Assembly (NCBI GenBank): GCA_951406725.2
Contig: OX597816.1
Location: 47,988,001 to 48,052,000 of the forward strand
Source of the DNA: Octopus vulgaris
Lineage: Eukaryota
DNA length: 64,000 nt
Direction of reading: 5' to 3'
Shown one piece after another: positions 50,041 through 64,000 of the stretch. A program made the position numbers and the translations under genes. How positions within the stretch are numbered: position 1 is the stretch's first letter; each line of letters starts with the position of its first letter. The notes below the pieces were generated by a model. The model made no database searches. It was given only the letters and a program-made list of their open reading frames with translations, and was not told the DNA's origin.

Positions 50041-51408
50041 GGCACCCTCTTTGATCTCTGTCGGCACCCTCTTTGATCTCTGTCGGTACACTCTTTGATC
50101 TCTGTCGGCACCCTCTTTCATCTCTGTCGGCACCATCTGTGATCTCTGTCGGCACCCTCTTTCATCTCCGTCGGTACCCCCTTTGATCTCTGTCGGCACC
50201 CTCTTTGATCTCAGTCGGCACCCTCTTTGATCTCTGTCTGCACCCTCTTTAATCTCTGTCGACACCCTCTTTGATCTCTGTCGGTACACTCTTTGATCTC
50301 TGTCGGCACCCTCTTTTATATCTGTCGACACCCTCTTTGGTCTCTGTCGGTACACTCTTTGATCTCTGTCGGCACCCTCTTTCATCTCTGTCAGCACCAT
50401 CTTTGATCTCTGTAGGCACCCTCATTGATCTCCGTCGGTACCACCTTTGATCTCTGTCGACACCCTCTTTGATCTCAGTCGGCACCCTCTTTGATCTATG
50501 TCTGCACCCTCTTTAATATCTGTCGGCACCCTCTTTGATCTCTGTCGGCACCCTCTTTGATCTCTGTCGGTACACTCTTTGATCTCTGTCGGTACCCTCT
50601 TTGATCTCTGTCGGCACCATCTTTGATCTATGTCGGCACCCTCTTTGATCTCCATCGGTACCCCCTTTGATCTCTGTCGGCACACTCTTTGATCTCTGTC
50701 GGCACCCTCTTGATCTATGTCGGTACAGTCTTTGATCTCTGTCGGCACCTTCTTTGATCTCTGTCGGCACCCTCTTTGATCTCAGTCGGCACCCTCTTTG
50801 ATCTCCGTCGGTACCCCCTTTGATCTCTGTCGGCACCCTCTTTGATCTCACTCGGCACCCTCTTTGATCTATGTCTGCACCCTCTTTAATCTCTGTCGGC
50901 ACCCTCTTTGATCTCTGTCGGCACCGTCTTTGATCTCTGTCGGCACCCTCTTTGATCTCTGTCGACACCATTATTGATCTCCGTCGGCACCCTCTTTGAT
51001 CTCCGTCGGTACCCCCTTTGATCTCTGTCTGCACCCTCTTTAATCTCTGTCGGCACCCTCTTTGATCTATGTCGGCACCTTCTTTGATCTCTGTCGGCAC
51101 CCTCTTTGATCTCTGTCGGTACCCTCTTTGATCTCCGTCGGTACCCCCTTTTAACTATGTCGGCATCCTCTTTGATCTCTGTCGCCACCCTATTTGATCT
51201 CTGTCGGCATCCTCTTTGATCTCTGTCTGCACCCTCTTTGATCTCAGTCGGCACCCTCTTTCATCTCCGTCGGTACCACCTTTGATCTATGTCGGCACCC
51301 TTATTGATCTCCGTCGGCAGCCTCTTTGATCTCTGTCAGCACCCTCTTTCATCTCTATCGGTACCCTCTTTCATCTCTGTCTGTACCCGCTTTGATCTCT
51401 GTCGGTAC
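50037..51408. repeat. 22-bp minisatellite, about 60 copies
   Basis: Unit tctctgtcggcaccctctttga; the ORF-track translations cycle every 22 aa (three units). Confidence 0.95.
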
Positions 51409-51781
51409 CATCCGAACGTAGCCAATGCCAGCACTGCCTTGATTGGCTCCAGTGCCGGTGGCACATAAAAAGCACCATCCGAACATGGCTGATGCCAGCG
51501 CCACCTTGGCTGGCTTCCATGCCGGTGGCACATTAAAAGCACCAACCGATCGTGGCCGATGCCGGACCCCCCTGGCACCTGTGCAGGTGGCACGTAAAAA
51601 GCACCCACTACACTCGCGGAGTGGTTGGCATTAGGAAGGGCATCCAGCTGTAGAAACTCTGCCAGATCAGACTGAAGCCTGGTGCAGCCCCCCGGCTTCC
51701 CAGACCCCGGTCGAACCGTCCAACCCATGCTAGCACGGAAAACGGACGTTAAACGATGATGATGATGATGATGATGATGAT
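51407..51781 (+). mobile_element. RTE LINE 3' UTR fragment
   Basis: gtggcacgtaaaaagcacccactacactcg... and (gat)n tail. Confidence 0.85.
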
Positions 51782-52286
51782 ATATATATATATATATATA
51801 CACACAGACATACATACATATATCTATAAATTTATGTGTATATATATGCTAAGCCATCATCATATGATGACTTAGCTGACTGAAACTTCGAAGATACTTC
51901 CACAACATTCTTGAATAAGAAAAATAAATTTGTACTCTACAAAATTAAAACTTGTTCTATCCTTGGTAAGCAAAGCAAATCAAACAGGACCGTGACAATG
52001 AACAGCAGTATTAGCAAGAATGAAACCATGTCTAATATAACCAGGAATTTTCCCTTATCAGCTGCTAATCACACACACACACACACACAGGCACACACAC
52101 ACACACACACACATACGCACACACATGTATGTACTTAATGCATATATATGTTTGTGTGTGTATGTATATATACATATATATATATCTATCTATACATATA
52201 CATACATATATATATATATAGGTATGTATATATATAGCTATATATTTATATATGTATGCGTGTGTGAGTATACACACACACACACA

Positions 52287-52425
52287 TCATCATCATCATC
52301 ATCGTTTAACGTCCGTTCTCCATGCTAGCATGGGTTGGACGGTTCGACCGGGGTTCTGGGAAGCCAGAAGGCTGCACCAGGCTCCAGTCTAATCTGGCAA
52401 TGTTTCTACAGCTGGATGCCCTTCC
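52287..52425 (-). mobile_element. RTE LINE extreme 3' end
   Basis: Reverse complement of the conserved tail. Confidence 0.8.
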
Positions 52426-52647
52426 TATATATATACTTACATATGTGTGTGTATATATATAAACATATATATATGTATATGTATGTATATGTATAGATGT
52501 ATAAGTATAGATGTTTATGTATCTATGTAAGTGTGTGTGAGTGTGTGCTTGTGCTTGTGTGTGTGTTTGTGTGTGTGTTTGTGTGTGTGTGTGTGTATGT
52601 TATGTATATAAGGTATGTATGTATCTATGTATGTACGTGTGTGTACT

Positions 52648-52680
<33 letters not shown>

Positions 52681-53161
52681 ATGATTGCTATGTCTTTTCT
52701 GAAACAACCTGTCTATGCTAAATATCTTGTTCAAAATGACAACAAAACACCAGCAGTAGAGATTTCTGTTCCTAACTCAGTTTATTACACTAAATCACAT
52801 GATGCCAGCACATAATCCTAATCCACTCGGCTATAATAGGTTCAAGAAAAAGCCAAAATTATATTTACCATGTTCAGTTTGTTGCACATCAGATTGCAGT
52901 TTTGTTTTGTGTCTCCCTTTTTTTTTTTGTTATGACGTGTAACCAATGTGCATAATACTTGTAAATATCTAAGAACCACAAGGACAGATATATGAACTGC
53001 ATCACGAGATACCATTCCATCATGAATTCACCTTGATGGGAACTTCTATTCAATATTCTCCACTTTGATACAGTAGTAGTTTTCTCTGTCAGCTCTGGAA
53101 GTTTTATCTATTTTGTTGTGTTTTTTTTTTTCATCTATTCTACTTTAAAATCTACACGTCT

Positions 53162-53500
53162 AGGCGTAGGAGTGGCTGTGGGTAAGTAGCTCACTTACGA
53201 ACCACATGGTTCTGGGTTCAGTCCCACTGCGTGGCACCTTAGGCAAGTGTCTTCTACTATAGCCTCGGGCCGACCAAAGCCTTGTGAGTGGATTTGGTAG
53301 ATGGAAACTGAAAGAAGCCCATCGTATATATGTATATATATATGTGTGTTTGTGTGTCTGTGTTTCGCCCCCCAACATCGCTTGACAACTGATGCTGGTG
53401 TGTTTACATCGCTGTAACTTAGCGGTTCGGCAAAAGAGACTGATAGAATAAGTACTAGGCCTCAGTCGAATGACTGAAACAGGTAAAAGAGTAAAGAGAG
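53162..53500 (+). mobile_element. SINE family A
   Basis: Consensus match with a 3' deletion. Confidence 0.85.
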
Positions 53501-55617
53501 TCTATTAGGTTCACTCATTTGCTTTTTGAGCAAGCTCTATATGACTGACCATTTCACGTAACACTTTCTTTTCTGCTGGCTATCAGCTCACTATTCTCAA
53601 TGGCTGAGATTGTGCAGTTTTCACAGCTGCAGACCGGTTGAATGGTTGGATTATGCTTACTTAGTTAACACATTTTGTCCAAGAAGAACATGATGCAAAA
53701 AGAGCAAAAACAAAACAACCAACAACAGCAGTGCAATCACCTCCACCACCACCACCACCACTGCCAACAACAAGATTAAAAGCATGAACAGGAATGACTT
53801 TACTGTTAAATTTATCACATTTGGCTTACCTTAGCCAGTATAACAATTGTAATCAAACACAGCATTTTTAACTTTGAAGATTGTGTTACTGACAAACCAC
53901 AGTAGGCAGCCAGTCAGCCTACTTTAAACAATCTTCTGTGTTTAAGCTAGTAAATGAGTTGAATAAGCATACGTTATACTGAAAATGAAATTTTCTTAAC
54001 TTATCCAATCGCTACTGACCGAAATGAGCTGTCATTTTGAAATTAGTATACAACAAGTAACTTGATTTCATAACTTACAATAATACGACAAAAATAATGT
54101 TGAAGAAGAACACTAAAGTGTTTGAAATGATAGAGTAATTGATTAAACATCTTATGAGTAATTGGTTTTGACCCTGGTTGTTTTGAGTTCAATTCTTGCC
54201 AGGGTAGACCTCAGATGCAGGCATGACTGTGTGGTTAAGAAGTTTGCCTTGCACCTGCATGGCTTCAGGTTTCAATCTCCTTGCAAGACAACTTGGGTAA
54301 GTTTTTTTCTACCATGGGTATAGGTTGACCAATGTTTTGCGAAGGAAATTTGATTGATGGAAACTGTATGGAAGCCTGTTGGAGGGATTGTTTCTGTTCT
54401 TGGATGATTGATATTATCTGTCATTTGGTTTCAGAACAGCACCTGATCATTGGTTGCCTTCAGTGAAGTCCAGACTATTTCAAAGCTAAGTTTTCTCTCT
54501 GAGGAAATCTTCCTTTCACTTTTCACCAATGTCAGAGATCCAAGAAAGGTTTTATAAATGCCCCTATTGCTCTGTTGAGGTGGTCGTGGTGGGGGGAGGG
54601 GGGGCGTAAGGGCACCCAACATAATCTGTCATCCTTCTAAAGTCAATAAAATGAATGCTGTTCATGTACTAAGACGAATTCAATCTATTTACATTGTTCC
54701 CCAGCCAATAAATCTTTGAAGTTTTTACTCATGTAACAAGTCAGTACAGATACTAGCAAATAGTTTGTTCGATGGTTTTCATAAACAAGTGCTTGTGCTC
54801 TTGTAAGATTCATTGGTCCAGAATGGCTTTGATTTAATAGAGGTATAATGTGACCAAAACATGGTAGTATCATGAAAACCCTTCATACCAATGAATCATG
54901 TGTAATGAAAACATCACTTCTACAGAGATTTTCTCCAACTGTGAATCTGTCAGATTGTTTAAGAATGGTTTCAGATTTTAGCCCAAGGCTAGCAGTGTTA
55001 GTAGGGGAATGTTGGTCAAGTACATTGGCTCCAGTGCTCAACTGGTACTTATCTTAACCCCATAAGGATGACAAGTAAAATCAGCCTTAGCAACATTTGA
55101 ACTCAGAACATAAAAGGTTAGAAGAAATGCTGTTGTCAGACAAGATTCTCTGCAGTATCTATTCAAGTCTCTTTATATTCTGAATTTAATCCAGCAGAGG
55201 TCAACTTTGCATTTCATTATTTCAAGGCTCATAAAATAAAGTGCCAATCAAATACTCGAGTTTACAGTATTGACTAATGTCTAATTCTTGCACCCAAATT
55301 TCAAGCCTTCTTCAAGATGCATTTCTCTATACTATGCCAGGAATCTTTAACCACGATAAGCTTTGGTATGGTCGTCAGTTTCCTGTTGTGTGTCTCTGCC
55401 TCAATTTCATGTAGTTGAGTGGTCTTTGTAGTCTATTATCAACTCAAATTATAAAAATAATCAAATTTGTAGTTCAATAACACAAGTTTTGTCCTCTGTT
55501 ATAATTACATTTGCATCCAGAATGTTTCACTGGAGTATAACCTTTCCTCCCTATTATTTGACTGGTGTTTTATTTATCAACCCCCATTAAAATGGAAGGC
55601 AAAATTGACATAAATTT

Positions 55618-56033
55618 ACTCTTACTCTTTTACTCTTTTATTTGTTTCAGTCATTTGACTGCGGCCATGCTGGAGCACTGCCTTTAGTCAAGCAAATTGA
55701 CCCCAGGACTTATTCTTTCTAAGCCCAGTACTTATTCTATCGGTCTCTTTTGCCGAACTGCTAAGTGACGAGGATGTAAACACACCAGCATCAGTTGTTA
55801 AACAATGCTAGGGGAACAAACACAGACACACAAACACACACACATACATATTATATATATATACATATATACGACAGGCTTCTTTCAGTTTCCATCTACC
55901 AAATCCACTCACAAGGCATTGGTCGGCCTGGGGCTATAGCAGAAGACACTTGCCCAAGATGCCACGCAGTGGGACTGAACCTGGAACCATGTGGTTGGCT
56001 AGCAAGCTACTTACCACACAGCCACTCCTGCGC
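55618..56033 (-). mobile_element. SINE family A
   Basis: Consensus match. Confidence 0.9.
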
Positions 56034-56259
56034 TTATTTAAAAACTTTTGTTTCATATCTAGCATGGTTAGGATATTTTGCTTACAATCGTAAGATCATA
56101 AGTTTGGAAATCAGTGGCACCTCGTATTCTTGAGCAAGACACTTTATTTCATGTTGTTCCTGTTCACTCAGCTGGTAAAAATGTCACATTCTGTGTCACG
56201 CTGACTCTCCCTGAGAACTACATTAAGGATACATGTGTCTGTGAGGTACTCAGCCACTT

Positions 56260-56476
56260 ACTCTTTTTACTCTTTCACTTGTTTCAGTCATTTGACTGCA
56301 CCCATGCTAGAGCACTGCCTTTAGTCGAGCAAATCAACCCCAGGACTTATTCTTTGTAAGCTTAGTACTTGTTCTATCAGTCTCTTTTACTGAACCGCTA
56401 AGTGACGGGGACGTAAACACACCAGCATTGGTTGTCAAGCAATGTTGGGGGGACAAACACAGACACACAAACACAC

Positions 56477-56510
<34 letters not shown>

Positions 56511-56700
56511 CTATATATATATATATACACATATATACGATAGGCTTCTTTCAGTTTCTGTCTACCAAATCCACTCACAAGGCTTTGGTTGGCCCAAGGC
56601 TATAGTAGAAGACACTTGCCCAAGGTGCCATGCAGTGGGACTGAACTCGGAGCCATGTGATTAGTAAGCAAGCTACTTACCACACAGCCACTCCTGTGCC
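56260..56700 (-). mobile_element. SINE family A nested in a family C SINE (56060-56790)
   Basis: Consensus match; the host element resumes after 56700. Confidence 0.85.
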
Positions 56701-57595
56701 TACGTTAATTGTACATTAATTTCACGAACAAGCTGTTCCATTGATTGGACCAACTGAAAGCCTTGTCATCATATCTGACAGAGTGGCAGTACTTCTTTCT
56801 ATCATAGATACAGGGCTTGAAATTTGAAGCAGGTTAGAGCATGGGGTGTTTAGCCAATTCCAGAGCTTAACTGATACTTTATTTTATCAACTCCAAAATA
56901 ACAAAAGGAAAAGTTGACCTCAGCTAGATTTGAAATAAGGATGTAAAGAGCTATAACTAAATACTGCAAGACATTTTGTCTACTACTCAAATGGTCAGTG
57001 TCAGTTTCCTAACCCCGCCTTACATTTGATAACATTGATTTCTCACATTAGTGCAAATGGAATATTTGAAGAATATAGATAAAGACTGAAAGACATTTCT
57101 GGAATTTTCTTCATTGCTGCTTGAGAGATTTTAGGAAATTTGCACCACTGGTATTTGAACCTAGAATGTAAAAGGCTGTAAAATGAATATCTCTGGCATT
57201 TTGTCAGACACACAAACAATCCTGCCTGATCTGAGGAAGCAAGCCTGTTACATTAGAATACCAACCTGAACTTTAGATCATGACCCACAAAACTAAACAA
57301 GCCAAGTATATTGGAAACTTGTTAGCTTTTTCTAGCCAAGTCCATCCTCTTTATATCTGAGTGTGTTTTTTTTTTTTGCAAAGTTAAAGAATGCGGCCTC
57401 TGTGGTTATCATATCAATGAGGGATACCAATAATTGGGTTCTCCACCAATTAGAAATAGCAGCTGTCATTCAGGCCACATCTCAGCATCATAAACAAATC
57501 AGGACACATTAAACAATTACAGGGTGGCAGCGCTTTGCATCTTACAGTGTGGGTAGGTTGCGTTGTGAGATGACTTTTGGTGAATTTACACTATT

Positions 57596-57999
57596 TACTC
57601 TTTACTCTTTTACTCTTTTACTTGTTTCAGTCATTTGACTGCGGCCATGCTGGAGCACTGCCTTTAGTCGAGCAAATCGACCCCGGGACTTATTCTTTGT
57701 AAGCCCAGTACTTATTCTATCGGTTTCTTTTACCGAACCGCTAAGTGACGGGGACGTAAACACACCAGCATCGGTTGTCAAGCAATGCTAGGAGGACAAA
57801 CACATACACACAAATACATATATATATACATATATACGACAGGCTTCTTTCAGTTTCCGTCTACCAAATCCACTCACAAGGTATTGGTCGGCCTGAGGCT
57901 ATAGCAGAAGACACTTGCCCAAGATGCCACGCAGTGGGACTGAACCCGGAACCATGTGGTTGGTAAGCAAGCTACTTACCACACAGCTACTCCTGCGCC
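57596..57999 (-). mobile_element. SINE family A
   Basis: Consensus match. Confidence 0.9.
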
Positions 58000-58145
58000 T
58001 ATTTGTCTACAATGAGAAAGTTTCTCCATGACAAAACACAATGAATAGCTTTCTTATGGGTTCAAATACGTCCCAAGCATATTTGAACTGGTCATAACCT
58101 TGCATTTATACACATTAAATAAAGTATTCCTATTCCTAGATATTG

Positions 58146-58410
58146 TGTGGAGGTACGTGGCTTAGTGGTTAGGGTGTCAGCATCATGATCGTAAGACTGT
58201 GGATTTCGATTCCTGGACCGGGCGATGCCTTGTGTTCTTGAGCAAAACACTTCATTTCACGTTGCTCCAGTCCACTGAGCTGGCAGGAAATGAGTAACAC
58301 TGATGGACTGGTGTCCTGTCCAGCTGGGGAACACATACGCCATAGAAACCAAGAAACCAGGCCCATGAGCCTGGCTAGGCTTTAAAAAGGTGCATTTATT
58401 TTTTATTTAT
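58146..58410 (+). mobile_element. SINE family C
   Basis: tggcttagtggttagggtg head, ttcgattcc B box; tattcctagatatt duplicated on both flanks. Confidence 0.85.
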
Positions 58411-58825
58411 TATTCCTAGATATTACTTCTTTCTTTGTTACACCATCAGACTGATGAACATCCTAACAGTGTAAGGTTCATTCCCAAGTTCAAGCATTAT
58501 AAGGAATTTTCATGCAAGAATTCAAAGCTGGTTTCTTGTTACCTTTTGCCAGGTGTTTTTTTTTAAATTTTTTTTTTACTCGACATGTCAGCTAGAAACC
58601 AGCAAGTTTACTTCACCTTCCAGGGCATCCAGAATGTAAAGAATCAGGACAAATACTGCAAAGAATTTCATTTAATATTTTCATGGTTCTGCCAATCCAC
58701 TGATTGGGAATGGTACTTTATTAATTTATTGACCCTGGAAAACCCTGGAAGGAAGTAAAGTTGACCTCAACAAGATTTGAATTTGGAATGAAAGAGCTGA
58801 AATAAATACTGTAAGGCATCTTAAT

Positions 58826-59190
58826 GAATCTATCAATTTACCAATTTTTGGACAGGATAATATACTAAATCAGAAAACAAGACTGAATGGTCATCAATGT
58901 AATAACTTGGACATGTCAACGAATCTGTCAATTTGTCAACTTTTGTCCAAGTTAATATACTAAGTCAGAAAATAAGATTGAATGGTCATAAATGTAATGC
59001 CTTTGACATGTCAACGAATCTGTCAATTTACCAGTTTTTGTCCAAGGTAGAATACTAAGTCAGAAAATAAGACTGAATGGTTAGAGTTGTAATATCTTTG
59101 ACATATCAATTTGTCAATTTTTGTCCAAGTTAATATGCTAAGTCAGAAAATAAGACTGGATGGTCATAAATGTAATGTCTTTGACTATAG
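58826..59190. repeat. ~90-bp tandem repeat, about 4 copies
   Basis: Recurrent ctaagtcagaaaataagactgaatggtcat. Confidence 0.8.
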
Positions 59191-59320
59191 GTCAGCTCAG
59201 TCAGGGAAGCCCTGTAGTTAAACAAAAGCTACATTAAATTTGTACATTTGACTCCAAGGAATAGAGAAACAAAGGATGTTTCCTTAGCTTCAGTTTTGTG
59301 AAATGAAATATGTAACAAAA

Positions 59321-59765
59321 AGGCGTAGGAGTGGCTGTGTGGTAAGTAGCTTTCTTACGAACCACATTGTTCTGGGTTCAGTCCTTCTGCATGGCACTTT
59401 GGGCAAGTGTCTTCTACTATAGCCTCGGGCCGACCAAAGCCTTGTGAGTGAATTTGGTAGACAGAAACTGAAAGAAGCCCGTTGTATATATGTATGTATA
59501 TATGTATATATACATATATACATATATATATATGTATGTATGTATGTATGTGTGTGTGTGTGTGTGTATGTTTGTGTGTCTGTGTTTGTCCCTCCAACAT
59601 CACTTGACAACCAATGCTGGCGTGTTTACATCTGCGTAACTTAGCGGTTTGGCAAAAGAGACCAATAGAATAAGTCCTGGGCTTGATTTGCTCGACTAAA
59701 AGCAGTGCTCCAGCATGGCCACAGTCAAATGACTGAAACAGGTAAAAGAGTTAAAATGTAAAGAG
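59321..59765 (+). mobile_element. SINE family A
   Basis: Consensus match. Confidence 0.9.
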
Positions 59766-60035
59766 AAATGATGATAATCTGTTACTTGTAACATTTCTAG
59801 ATGATCAGGTAATAACCCATTCCAGGTAGCTAGGTGAGCTGATGCAATGTAAAAATAAAAAGCTTTGCCCCAGAATTACGTTGAAACAACTTAAGTGAGT
59901 TTGAACCCATGGCTGAAACATAAGAAGTCCAATGATTTATTCCCGTGGACATCTATTCATCCTTAATACTAGCAAATACAGGCATATCTCAGCTAATGAT
60001 CTTTTGACTTTACATGGTTTTATTTTTAAGAAATA

Positions 60036-60427
60036 CTTGCAGTATCGCCCGGCGTTGCTCAGGTTTGTTTCGACCCTTTAGAATTGGAATTTTTGAAAAG
60101 TAAAAATTTTGCATTATGTAGATTGTTATTCTCTTTAAGTGAACATTTTTCTGGTTGAAATACACTGAAAAATGGCGACACAGCAGTCAAAAAATCATAA
60201 AAAATAGGGATTTTCATAGAAAGAAAAGCACCTTTTGATGTAAATAATTTTTGGTGTTAACATGGTCCGATTTGAATTTTTTCTTCTATGGAAGGAAGAG
60301 CAAGCCTTCTTCTATCATACACTCAATTTTGGTCAACTTGTGCCGCAGGGTCTTGGAGGAGATAGTGTTAGTTGAAGGCTACCAAACCTGCCATACACAG
60401 ACAACTTCAGCTTTATATATAGAGAGA
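60036..60427 (-). mobile_element. Non-autonomous Helitron, copy 2
   Basis: Close match to 17592-17984. Confidence 0.75.
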
Positions 60428-61315
60428 TAACTCAACTTCAGTCAATTTATCTGATTTTACAAGGCAAACATAGACTCAGCAAACATTCAAAAGCATAGAA
60501 ATATCTAAAAACCAATGGCTTGCCTCTCTATCAGTTATGATGATGAGTGTTCCTGTTGATCTGATCAATGGAACAGCCTGCTCATAAAATAAACATGTAA
60601 GTGTTGAGCACTCCACGTGTTGACACGCATACCCTTAATGTAGTTTGTAAGGAGATTCAGCGTATAACAAGGTGTAACAAGGCTGGCCCTTTGAATTACA
60701 GGTACAATTCAATTTTGCCAGTTGAGTGGACTGGAGTAATGAGAAATAGGGTTTTGCTCAGGGACACAATCTACCACCAGGAATCAAACCGATGGTCTTA
60801 TGAGAACAAACCAAATACCCTTGCCACTATGCCAAGTAGAAAATCAAACAAAATACATGTGAAAATATGTACAAACCATTTATTAAAATATATGTAATTT
60901 AATAAATAATTTAAAATGACTTTTCATGTTATGTCATTTTTCGAGTTAAGTTGCATGTCTTGGAACCAATTATTGACATAAATCGAGGTAGGCCTGTACT
61001 TTTGTAAGAATAACATCTTCAACAGACAAATGGACAGGATTGGAAAAGCAATATTAGATATTGTGTCTTGTGCTGTTTTGATTTTCATTTAAGCACAAAC
61101 ATTGGCATGAGATTGAGAAGATAAATATGCAATTTTCATCTTTAAGAAACTCTTGAAATGGAAACCAAAAGACTACAGCACAGCTAGACTCACATTAATT
61201 TCATATACATCATCATCATCATCATCACCGTCATCGTCGTCGTCATCATTATCATTATCATGATTGTCATCGTCATCATCATCATCATCACCTTCACCAT
61301 CATCATCGTCATTGT

Positions 61316-61690
61316 TATTACCTCAGCTTTAGCAAAGGCAGAGGTATTATTTCAGTTGTGTTTGTTTGTTTGTGTGCTTGTTTTTCCGTGGACAAAATAA
61401 ATCAAGAACTGCTCAATGGATTCGAATGAAACTTTCAGGAATGTTTGACTTCGTGACTGGCACAAACTGATTAGATTTTGGGATCGATCTGATACCTGAC
61501 AAGGATTCTAAATTATTTTCCTGTTTTTTGTTTGTTTATTTTTACTTAATTTATGAGAGCAGTTGGGTTAATTTTTAGTATTCTTGTTTGTGAGAGCAGT
61601 TGAGTTTATTTTAGATATTCTCATTTTAAAAATCATCTCTGGCTAATCGTTGACAGGACGTTAGTGTTGCCTTGGTGGAGGTTGGTGCTT
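61316..61690 (+). mobile_element. Helentron-associated (DINE-1/HINE-like) element
   Basis: ttacctcagc..ggcagaggta subterminal inverted repeat, (gttt)n, distal ggtggaggt. Confidence 0.5.
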
Positions 61691-62449
61691 ACAAAGAATA
61701 AGTTCTGGGGTCGATTTGCTCAACTAAAGGTGCTGCTCCAGCATGGCCACAGTCAAATGACTAAAACAAGTAAAAGAGTAAAGAGTATGCTACTGCCACA
61801 AAAGAGGAAACTCTATAAATCATTTTTAATCCTTTCTAATATAAGCAGAAAACCTGAAATTTTGGGAGAGGGTGAGTTGTTGTCATTAACCCCACTACTT
61901 GACTGGTATTTCTTTCATTAACCCTAAAATAATGAAAGGTAAATTTGAAGTCAAAATACAAAACCAGAGACAATGCAGCCAAGAATTTTGGAAAGTGTGC
62001 TAACAATTCTGCCTGCCCACCGCCTTGGAATTCTATAAACAGACAAAGTCATAGGTGATATTAGGTTCTTGATTTAAAGTTCAGTCAGTCTAGGTAAATA
62101 ACTCAAATATCAATGAATACTTGAAATGAAATGATTCTTACAACAAACTCAAGAAGAGAAATTGGAGCCTGAAACTGCAAGTCAATTTCTTCAGCTTCTG
62201 CTATGTAAATTTGTAGACCAAATTCCAAACTAATGTTACAGAAGCATCATCCCTTCAACACATTCAAGTTCAGGCTTGATCAGGTTTTCCAGAACCATAG
62301 ATCAGTTGAAAAACTAACCTAATGCTTTCCTCACTCGCTGACCAAATAAATTGAGTTTGACAGAACAAAGAAAACGGATCAGAATACCAGAATCATAGCA
62401 TAAACGAATTGCAACCACAATTGTTATTTTTATTATAAAACTATAAACA

Positions 62450-62762
62450 GTTAAAGAGAAAGAGAAGGAGAGAGAGAATGGGAGAGAGAGAGAGCGGGAG
62501 AGAGAGTGAAAGGGAGAGAGAGAGAGGGAGAGAGAAAGGTGAGAGAGAAAGGGAGAGAGAGATGGAGAGAAAGAAGGAGGGAGAGAGAGAAGGAGGGAGA
62601 GAGAGAAGGAGAGAGTGAAAGGGAGAGAGAGAGAGGAGAGAGAGAAGGAGAGAGTGAAAGGGAGAGAGAGAAAGGGAGAAAGGGAGAAGGGAGAGAGTGA
62701 AAGGGAGAGAGTGAAAGGGAGAGAAAGAAAGGGAGAGAGGGAGAGAGAAGGAGGGAGAGACA
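62450..62762. repeat. Polypurine (GA-rich) tract
   Basis: Direct reading. Confidence 0.95.
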
Positions 62763-63064
62763 GTGAGGTAGTATGTTAACGAGATAAATAGATAAATGTG
62801 TATGAACGTGTGTGTACATATAAATATATATATATGTACACACACACACACACACACACGCATACACACACTCACACACGCACACACATATTTGTGTAGT
62901 ATCGATGGGCAATGAGATAAAGGAATGATGAGAGACGGAGAGAAACAGAATGTTTAGAAGGTGAAAAAGTGGTCGATAGTAAGTGAGAGGGAACATAATT
63001 TCTAAAACGGGGGATATTGGAGAAAAGTTAATGAACTGAAAAGACATTCCTCCCACCCTTCAGA

Positions 63065-63670
<606 letters not shown>

Positions 63671-64000
63671 TAGCCAAGAACCTACGCAGCATATGTCTAT
63701 GTAATATAAATACATGGACAGAATGGGCCTCAAATATTACCACATAAAAGAAAATATTTTGCAGAAGATTCTTGCTGCATATCAAGATATTTTGGTGACT
63801 ATTCATCTCATCAGCTCTTCTTCAGCTAAAGAGAGCATATACATATTTATGTGAGTATGTGTGTGTATTACAGTTTGTTTTTATCTCAAGTTGATATAAA
63901 AAAAAAAACCCAATTAAACTGAAGAATTACTTAATAGATATTAGTGATGTACATGCTAATTAAAAACATAATTAATCCTTTCTACTTTAGGCACATGACC

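Noticed and set aside
49931-51254. Repetitive PTEIKEGADRDQRG ORFs
   Set aside because: A 22-bp unit is not a multiple of three, so the translations merely cycle through the frames of a satellite

Overview
AT-rich, extremely repeat-dense eukaryotic DNA. The SINE families and microsatellite load suggest an Octopus-like cephalopod (inference). The window is probably intronic or intergenic: no host gene can be called, only weak candidate exons on the minus strand. It contains dozens of tRNA-derived SINEs (three families); a young 5'-truncated RTE LINE whose RT carries a PHD-finger insertion; an older near-full RTE relic; an uninterrupted CR1-type RT ORF (590 aa) nested in a maT-like Tc1/mariner element; and relics of Hero, R4/Dong-like and other LINEs, mariner, Tc1, Tigger, Helitron and Helentron elements, plus a 22-bp satellite. 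The most interesting layer is invisible in the ORF track. At least five distinct families of non-coding Penelope-like/retrozyme-like elements sit in (TA)n tracts. Most have inverted and/or direct terminal repeats, and each carries a type I hammerhead ribozyme motif with a palindromic stem III, in most cases with an unusually long stem II. Most short ORFs in the track are microsatellite or SINE artefacts. Coordinates were read by eye and may be off by a few bases.
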